DNA of 64,000 nucleotides, taken from positions 569,653 through 633,652 of the forward strand of contig NW_008246090.1 of assembly GCF_000281045.1 (NCBI RefSeq), in the 5' to 3' direction. Positions 56,901-64,000 of the stretch are shown in pieces (position 1 is the first letter of the stretch; every line of letters begins with the position of its first letter). Position numbers and translations under genes: made by a program. The DNA is from Saprolegnia diclina VS20 (Eukaryota). The notes below the pieces were generated by a model. It did no database searches. It worked only from the letters and a program-made list of their open reading frames with translations, and was not told the origin of the DNA.

Positions 56901-59195
56901 NNNNNNNNNNNNNNNNNNNNNNNNNNNNNNNNNNNNNNNNNNNNNNNNNNNNNNNNNNNNNNNNNNNNNNNNNNNNNNNNNNNNNNNNNNNNNNNNNNNN
57001 NNNNNNNNNNNNNNNNNNNNNNNNNNNNNNNNNNNNNNNNNNNNNNNNNNNNNNNNNNNNNNNNNNNNNNNNNNNNNNNNNNNNNNNNNNNNNNNNNNNN
57101 NNNNNNNNNNNNNNNNNNNNNNNNNNNNNNNNNNNNNNNNNNNNNNNNNNNNNNNNNNNNNNNNNNNNNNNNNNNNNNNNNNNNNNNNNNNNNNNNNNNN
57201 NNNNNNNNNNNNNNNNNNNNNNNNNNNNNNNNNNNNNNNNNNNNNNNNNNNNNNNNNNNNNNNNNNNNNNNNNNNNNNNNNNNNNNNNNNNNNNNNNNNN
57301 NNNNNNNNNNNNNNNNNNNNNNNNNNNNNNNNNNNNNNNNNNNNNNNNNNNNNNNNNNNNNNNNNNNNNNNNNNNNNNNNNNNNNNNNNNNNNNNNNNNN
57401 NNNNNNNNNNNNNNNNNNNNNNNNNNNNNNNNNNNNNNNNNNNNNNNNTCTCGACCTGCTTTTGGAGAACGCGACGCTGTACGCGCCTCTGTCCCCTGGT
57501 CTGCAGGTGCTGCAGGACACTATAGGACCATTTGGCAATGTCGACATGGTGTACATTGCGCCGCCTCAATCGCTCTTGCACCTCTACCAGCGCATGACAA
57601 CCGCGCTGGCCAATTTGACGTTTCATGACGTGGCAGCCCAAGAAGCGTTCGTAGCACTGCCGCTCAAATTGTACATTGGTCAGCAGCCAGCGTCGTTTGT
57701 CGGCAATATGACATTACGCAGTGTCGGGGGCAGTGTCTTTTGCGGCGACGACGTCCAACCGTTCTCCCCGTCGCTCGGCCTCGCGCTGCCATTTAGTTTT
57801 GATACGGTCTGTCACTGGTGGTCGCCCGACTTCTTCACCCCGTCGCCCACCGAGCTTTTGTTTGCGCTGGCTGCGTACACGCTATCGCTGCCGCCGTTGC
57901 AAGGACCGGAGCTACGTTTGCTCTGCGCCCACGACATTTATGCCGAGCCCAACTGCGAAGCTATCTACGAGGCGTCGCTGGCCTTTCTAACACAGTACTC
58001 AACGACCTTTGCTCCACTTGTGCCGCTTGTGGCGACAACCACCGTGGAAACCCTGCGTCTCGACCTTCAACTGGTTCAACTGGTCACCACGACCACTTCA
58101 AATCGCGGGGTTGAGCTCTTCTCGCAGGGTCTTTTCAACGTCACGAGCCCGCGTGATGTGGCGTGGACGTTCTTTAGTTGGTGTTACCTCTATGAGTGGG
58201 TCGTGGCGCGGCGCGAAGTCGTTTCGTTCGTTGGCGATATTGGACATATTACGTCCATCTCGGCGGTTGTCAACCCGCTCACGCTGTCGCTCGATGCGCA
58301 AGAGATACCAACGTACGTGAGCTTTTCGAGCTTGGCGTGCGTTTTTTACCTGACGTGCGTCATCTCTTGCATCACGTCGATCACCGTGCTGTACGTCCTT
58401 GCCGTGCGCTTGGACGTCGAGCCGTGGAACCTCTACCAAATCAACCGCGTCGTCGGCCACGTGTATGTGGGCCGCAGCCTCCTTATCGTGCGAAGTGCGA
58501 CAGCCCTCTGGCTCCTCAACACGTCGCGACTGGAGCTCGCTCGCTTTGGCGTCGGTACTCGGCTCGACGCACCGCGTTTGGACCCGATCAAGGTCGCCCT
58601 CGGCGCGGGCGAGCTCACATGGCTCGTGTACCTTCTCAACGACGTGCTCAGCGTCGCAACGACCGCCCACACGGTGCGCTACGCACTCAAAAGCACCTTG
58701 TGTACGTGGATCGTCTCGGTCGTCGTGGCAGTTGTGTGGCCGCAAGCCTACACCGCGTCGATTGCTCCCAACTGCGCCTATGTCAATATGGACCAGCTGC
58801 TCGTGTGTCAGCGCGCGACCGTCACGATTGGCCGCTGGAGCGGGGTGCGCTGGAACCTCGGGTTCGTCGTCTGCAGCGTCCTGGGCTTTGCGTTGCTCGA
58901 GCAGCGCCGACGAGGCGCACCGCCAACGCCACCGGCCGCCGCCTCGTGCCACCTCAACTCGACCGCGTACTACATGTTGTACGTGTGGTCCGTTGACGAC
59001 ACGGTGACGTACATGGACCGCGCGTCGGCGTTTCTCGCCGGCCTCGTGTCGCTGCGATGGCGACAACGCATGCTCGTGTTTGACGTCAAGCGCTGGTGCT
59101 GTTATGCGTACGACCTGGAGGCGTACCCGCCGCTCTCCCCGTTGCGGCAGATCCACGCAGCACTGGCGCTGCATGCACTTCCGTCGATCGACTAA
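53988..59195 (+). CDS. Large multi-pass membrane protein made of repeated extracellular + TM modules; interrupted by two gaps
   Basis: Open frames on both sides of each gap, with two homologous modules: IGPLGAIDAIW/IGPFGNVDMVY, DREALSIQGD/RREVVSFVGD, VWMSRNVLLLRG/VYVGRSLLIVRS, NMDSMLYCDSGNVVIG/NMDQLLVCQRATVTIG, FDIKLWR/FDVKRWC. Continuity across the gaps cannot be verified. Confidence 0.65.
54345..54559. other. Assembly gap (N run)
   Basis: Run of n. Confidence 1.
56755..57448. other. Assembly gap (N run)
   Basis: Run of n. Confidence 1.
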
Positions 59196-59668
59196 TGCGC
59201 TTGCTAATTTGGATTCGAACTAGTTCTCTTGGGGTGAAACCCAGGGGGGAGCCTAGCTGGCCGAGTGGTGGCGATCTCTCTCGTCTGAAGAGGTATCGAG
59301 ATATCTTATCTGGAACGATGTGGAGAGCACTCCTCAGAAGTGGTGCGCGGTCTCTGATCTAGATTGGTGTTGGCTCCTATATGGGCGACGCTGGTCTGAT
59401 CTGGAATGGTGTGGCGCTCATCAGAAGTGGCGCGGAGCTCTCTCGTCTGGAGTTGCGCAGAGCTTGCTCGAGTGTAGCACATTACGAGTCTGGAGCGCAC
59501 CAGAATAAAGCGACCAGTATTCAAGTTGGTTGCACATCTGGTACTCGAATGGAAATGATGTTGGAACCGGTTGGCAATTTGGCGCCAGCAGACAACCGGT
59601 CAGCAACCAACTGGTCTCGTGGACTTTCCACCAATCACCGACGCGCTGTCGGTCCATATCTTGAGCGG

Positions 59669-60119
59669 ATGGAACACGACCTGCCGCTCGTGAGCGTGGT
59701 CCGCGCGGCCAAGCTGGCGCTGCCTAGCAAGGCCGGGCTCACGAAGGAAGGGAAGGAGCTGCTGCAGACGGCCGCTGGCGTCTTTGTGCTCTACCTCACG
59801 GCGGCGTAGGACGACGACGCCCTCGCACTCGATCGCTCATGGCCCTTGTAGAGCCGACGACGAGTGCAAGACCAAGGGCCGCCAAACCATCTCGGGCAAC
59901 GACGTCTTCAAGGCGCTCCAGGACGTCGACTTTGCGCAGCTGGTCGCGCCGACCGCCGATTTTCTCCAGCGAGCCAAGGCGACGGCCAAGAAGCCCAAGG
60001 CCAAGGCGACCAAGGACGACGCCATGGGCCACGACGACAACGACGAGAACGAGCATGCGGACGAAGAAACCAAGGAAATGGATCTTGACGACGAAGAAGA
60101 GACCAAGGAAGAAGCATAA
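59669..60119 (+). CDS. POLE3: DNA polymerase epsilon subunit 3 / CHRAC17 (DPB4), H2B-like histone fold
   Basis: MEHDLPLVSVVRAAKLALP...LTKEGKELLQTAAGVFVLYLTA|AADDECKTKGRQTISGNDVFKALQDVDF, acidic tail; 1 intron. Confidence 0.85.
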
Positions 60120-60146
60120 GCCGTCATACATATTACGAAGTTGCAT

Positions 60147-61201
60147 CTATGCCATGTCGACGTCGTCGTCCCCGTCGGTGGCGTCCCGCATAATGACCAC
60201 GTGGCTGCCCTTGACCTTGCGCACCTCTGTGGCGTGGCACACAACAGTCGCTTAGGATGAAAGACGACGAGGATGAAGACGGGAACGCACCTCCGTGGGC
60301 GATGACGGCCGCGCACGACGACGAGACCGCGTCCATGGCCTTGCCGTACGGCAGCCCGAGGAGCATGCCAATGTTGATCACGTCGTAGGGCGACCGCAGG
60401 AGCATGTCCCGCGCTGCGCCGCTGCCAAAGACGATGTGGCGGCCACGCGTGATGCGGATGAGACTGCTGGCGTTGGCGAAAAAATACCGCCGGCCGCTCG
60501 AGTCTACTCATCCTGTGACGTGAGCGACCTCGATTCCATGGACGTACCGCCGAGCGCCGCCGTGTACTTGAGCTCGAAGTAGATGCCCCGCGCAATCGCT
60601 GCGTCCACCTACATCCAGTAGCATGGTTGACATCGTCGATTCGAGTTGTTGTCTACCAAGGGCTTGCGGAGCTGGAACGACAGGCGCGACGAGACGTCCA
60701 GCGTAATGATGTCGACGTCGCCTTGCTCGCAAAAGAACTGGAAGAGACGCGTCGACGTCGGCTCGACCGCGACAATGTCGTAGGCGCGGATCACCGGGTT
60801 GCTGTTCTAAGGTGTTGCAATGCATGAGGGCAATGGACTTACAGAATATCGTCGTACGATGGCATGGGCTGCGTTCATGTCGTCGCACTGCAGCGTGATG
60901 CGCTTGAGCTGACGGACTGCCGGCGGCGGGTTTTCGCCGCCAATGCGAAGGCCATGCAACTGCGTCTTGGTCTTCCGGCCGCTCTCGAGGCTCCATGGCG
61001 CCAGCGACTCGGGCGCTCGCGGTGGCTTGGTCCCGTCGTTCTCGACGTTGAGCGCCATGCAGCCGTATCCTACTGCGCGAAGAGCATGAGCATGCGCATG
61101 GCGTCGCATACGCATCGCCTACACCGGGCCATCTCGAGGAGGAAGAAGCTCTGCTGCGCGCCCGTCGCGCCGTCCGCCGGCACGTTGAGATCGCAGTACA
61201 T
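60147..61201 (-). CDS. RPP30: Ribonuclease P/MRP subunit p30
   Basis: MYCDLNV...GYGCMALN...QLKRITL...YDIVAVEP...DIITLD...AIARGIYFELKY...LIRITRGRHIVFGSGA...LRSPYDVINIG; 5 introns. Confidence 0.9.
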
Positions 61202-61881
61202 GTTGGATTGGGAATGGTGGGCACGTCGCGCGCATACACGCGCGAACTTGAGACGCAAGCCAATCATCGCGTAGATAACACTATTTTCAGTAGCATGGCG
61301 TGTGGGTTTCAGCGCGAAACCACGGGACGCGACGCTTCCACGCGCAGCTACTTGACGCGCTAGCTGTCACCCACCGACCTTGAAGCCGACAGATTGTCTG
61401 CATTTCCACCGACATCGCTGTCTATTGGGCCTCGAACGACGATTATGATTTGTGATCAAGTTTATTGCTTAATAATGCCTTTGGATGTCAACTGCTCCCA
61501 TACCCACCGCAGGGCTGGAAGGACCTCTGGCCGCAGTTGACGGACAGTTGGCTAAATCCATCCTGCGGCTTGGCATCTCTCCAGCACGTATTAGTCGGTG
61601 CGGCGATCACGGCTAATTAGACGCGCCGACCTCGTCCTCCAGAAAGCAGTGCAAGGACGTCCACAACGTCTGCCGTGGGACACCAAGAGTGCTCGAGTGG
61701 CGCCGAGATCGACGCTGCCCATGGTGGCGCGCTGTCTGAACGAGAAAGAACGCAGCAGCTCATGTACACCACGTGAAACGCCGCCGTTGTCTTCAACATA
61801 CACTATTTCCGATCGCCCGCGGACCTTATCCGGACGCGCAACGGTTGCAGTCGAAACGGCGTAGCATTCGGTCGGCGCCCG

Positions 61882-64000
61882 ATGGCAGCAACGCGGTCGG
61901 CCGAGAGCAAGGCCGCGCTCGAGCCCGAGTCTACGGACGAGTGCAACAACGGCGATGGCGACGGCGACGTCGTCGACCAGCCCACGGTTGACCGCATGCA
62001 CCTCCTCTCGGCGCTGCCCGACTTGGACGAGCTCTGCAGCGCCAACGGGCTCTCGCGCAAGCAGTTTGGCAAGCGCGCGCACCTCGTGCAGTCGCTTGAG
62101 ATGTTTCTCGGCTTTTGGCCGCGCATGGTGACTGTCACGTACTTTACCAACTTGCGCGACCTCTCGATCGTCAAGCACCCAACGATCGCCGTGCTCGAAG
62201 GCCTAGAGTCGTGCCCGCAGCTCGAGTCGCTGCGCATTGTCGAGTGCAGCCTCGGGCGCATCGAAGGCCTCTCACAGTGCACGCGCTTGACGTACCTCAA
62301 TCTAAGTTCGAACGCGCTCGTGCGTATGGACGGCCTGTCGGCGCTCACGCGCCTCGAGACGCTCTGGCTCAACGACAACCGCATCGAGCGCCTCAGTGGG
62401 CTGGAGCACTGTACCTCGCTGCAAGTGCTATGGGTCGCCAAGAATTACATTGCAACGCTCGAGCGGTGTTTGGATGCAAATACGACCTTGACCGAGCTCA
62501 ATGTTGCGGCCAACCAGCTCAGCAGCTTCCTGGCGCTAGCGCCACTCGGGAAGCTGCCGCGCCTTGCGTCGCTGAATTTAAGCGACCCGCACTTTGGCGA
62601 CAACCCGGTGTGTCGCCTCTGCAACTACCAGACGTACCTTCTCTGTCAACTGCCGCACTTGACGTACCTCGACACGCTGGAGCTTAGTCCGCTCAACAAA
62701 CAGATTGCCGACTCGACGCTCATGAAGAAGCGCATGTACTACAACATGCGCATCAAGACCATCAAGCGCAACATCTCGAATTGCGTCCGGCACGCGCGGC
62801 AGTGCTACATCGACCACATCAACTTTGCCAACTTCAACTTGAACGCAGTCATGCGCGAACTCTCGGATCTCGATAAGGAACTCGAAGACGAAAAGCTACA
62901 CGGCGTCTCGCAAACGTTTCTCAAGTACCCGCAAGGAAGCCTCGAGGCCAAGCGGGCCCAAGTCGCTGCGTACATTGCGTTGAAAACGCAGTGCATTCAC
63001 AGCATGACGCAGGCGTTCGAGCACCTTCGACACCAGCTCACGACGTTGAGCGAGAAGACAATTGCGCGTCTCCTCTTGGAGCTCAATACAGGCGGCAACA
63101 TTCGCCTCGAAGACGGCTCCGAAGCCGATGTGTGGTACGCGAGCTGTGTCGACTTGCTGAGATCCCGCGCCTTCTTGGCCGACCTCGCGCCTCTCGGGAT
63201 CCGCGACCTCAAGGTCAACCGTGTCACGCGTATCAACAACCGGTTTCTGCGCAACCGGTTTCAGGACCGCGTCGAAGCGCTCCTGTCCGGGCCCGACGAG
63301 CACGTCAAGGACAATGTGAGCAAGCGCGGCGTCACCATCAAGGAGAGCGCGATCAATACCAGTTCGTCGTCGTCCGACCAAGACAACGCCAAGGACACCA
63401 CCGACGTCGCCATTGAGAACACGCTCGAGTACCTATTTTACATGCAGCCGCCGATCTTGGACCACATCGATGGCGTCAAGGAGCAGTACCACGTGATCGA
63501 ACATGGCTTCCGCGCGGTCGACGACTATGCCGTGCTCGGGCCGCACTGCGCCCATGGCATGAAGCTCACCAACTCGCTCGCACTACTCGATGTGCCTCGT
63601 ATTGCGACCGCGCTGCATCTGGGCGCCGAGCCCGACGCCGATGTCTCGGCGTACGCTCATTTTGGCTGGCAGTCGGTGGAGCTCACAAAAGCCATGCGGA
63701 GCTCGCAGCGCAAATTGCTCTCGGGCGAGTTCAAGCTGACCGACGGCGTCCTCGTGATTGCCAAGGCCTTTGTGGGTCACACGCGGATCGTCGAGCAAGG
63801 GACGTCGTTTCCGCTTCAAAAGCCCGATGACGTCCAGTGCCTCCAAGCCATCAAACCGACCGACCCGAAGCAACGCATGTACTTTTTACTGGACGCGGCG
63901 CTCGCGCTGCCCGAGTACATTGTCGAGTACGAGTACACGCCACTGGACACAACGTCGCACCTCCTCGCGGGCTTGGTGCCGGCGGTCGCACCGGCGGTCG
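61882..64000 (+). CDS. LRRC9: Leucine-rich repeat protein, LRRC9-like (partial; runs off the window)
   Basis: Open frame from ATG 61882: ELCSANGLS...LEMF, SDS22-type LRRs (LTYLNLSSNAL, LETLWLNDNRI), NPVCRLCNYQTYLL, KKRMYYNMRIKT, ELNTGGNIRLEDG...WYASCVDLLRSRF, NRFLRNRF, LALPEYIVEYEY. Confidence 0.85.
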   Translation, partial: MAATRSAESKAALEPESTDECNNGDGDGDVVDQPTVDRMHLLSALPDLDELCSANGLSRKQFGKRAHLVQSLEMFLGFWPRMVTVTYFTNLRDLSIVKHPTIAVLEGLESCPQLESLRIVECSLGRIEGLSQCTRLTYLNLSSNALVRMDGLSALTRLETLWLNDNRIERLSGLEHCTSLQVLWVAKNYIATLERCLDANTTLTELNVAANQLSSFLALAPLGKLPRLASLNLSDPHFGDNPVCRLCNYQTYLLCQLPHLTYLDTLELSPLNKQIADSTLMKKRMYYNMRIKTIKRNISNCVRHARQCYIDHINFANFNLNAVMRELSDLDKELEDEKLHGVSQTFLKYPQGSLEAKRAQVAAYIALKTQCIHSMTQAFEHLRHQLTTLSEKTIARLLLELNTGGNIRLEDGSEADVWYASCVDLLRSRAFLADLAPLGIRDLKVNRVTRINNRFLRNRFQDRVEALLSGPDEHVKDNVSKRGVTIKESAINTSSSSSDQDNAKDTTDVAIENTLEYLFYMQPPILDHIDGVKEQYHVIEHGFRAVDDYAVLGPHCAHGMKLTNSLALLDVPRIATALHLGAEPDADVSAYAHFGWQSVELTKAMRSSQRKLLSGEFKLTDGVLVIAKAFVGHTRIVEQGTSFPLQKPDDVQCLQAIKPTDPKQRMYFLLDAALALPEYIVEYEYTPLDTTSHLLAGLVPAVAPAV

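Noticed and set aside
56691..57641. ORFs spanning N runs
   Set aside because: Artefacts of translating assembly gaps.
1..64000. tRNA, rRNA, prokaryotic operons or defence islands
   Set aside because: None recognised; spliceosomal introns and eukaryotic housekeeping genes occur throughout. A tRNAscan/Infernal run would be needed to exclude small RNAs formally.

Overview
Gene-dense, GC-rich eukaryotic DNA with many short (~40-60 nt) GT-AG introns, so the ORF track fragments most genes; I spliced them by hand. Gene content (FYVE-GAF proteins, START-like-FYVE, DUF2807/GIN, a large multi-TM family) points to an oomycete, most likely Saprolegniales (inference). Three assembly gaps: 7843-8006, 54345-54559, 56755-57448. 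Housekeeping-type genes: RPS15, RPLP0, NADP-IDH, MED9, POLE3/DPB4, RPP30, LRRC9-like, an M14 carboxypeptidase and an EH-PX-BAR sorting nexin. The most striking item is hidden by introns: a multi-exon gene (8577-12449) encoding Zn-ribbon + TIR + TIR + STAND/NACHT-like NTPase + SH2, i.e. an NLR-like protein with a phosphotyrosine-reader domain where the repeat sensor would normally be. Directly downstream lies a ~17 kb tandem array of 8 FYVE(-GAF) genes plus 2 orphan tails, showing domain gain and loss; all 15 FYVE-like domains carry an intron at the same codon. Also present: an intact pogo/CENP-B-like ORF lacking its catalytic aspartates, a foldback/MITE-like element with an 11-bp flanking direct repeat, a highly base-paired long intron in RPS15, a catalase-related gene missed by the ORF track, and several unusual domain fusions. 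All domain calls come from motif recognition by eye, not database searches.
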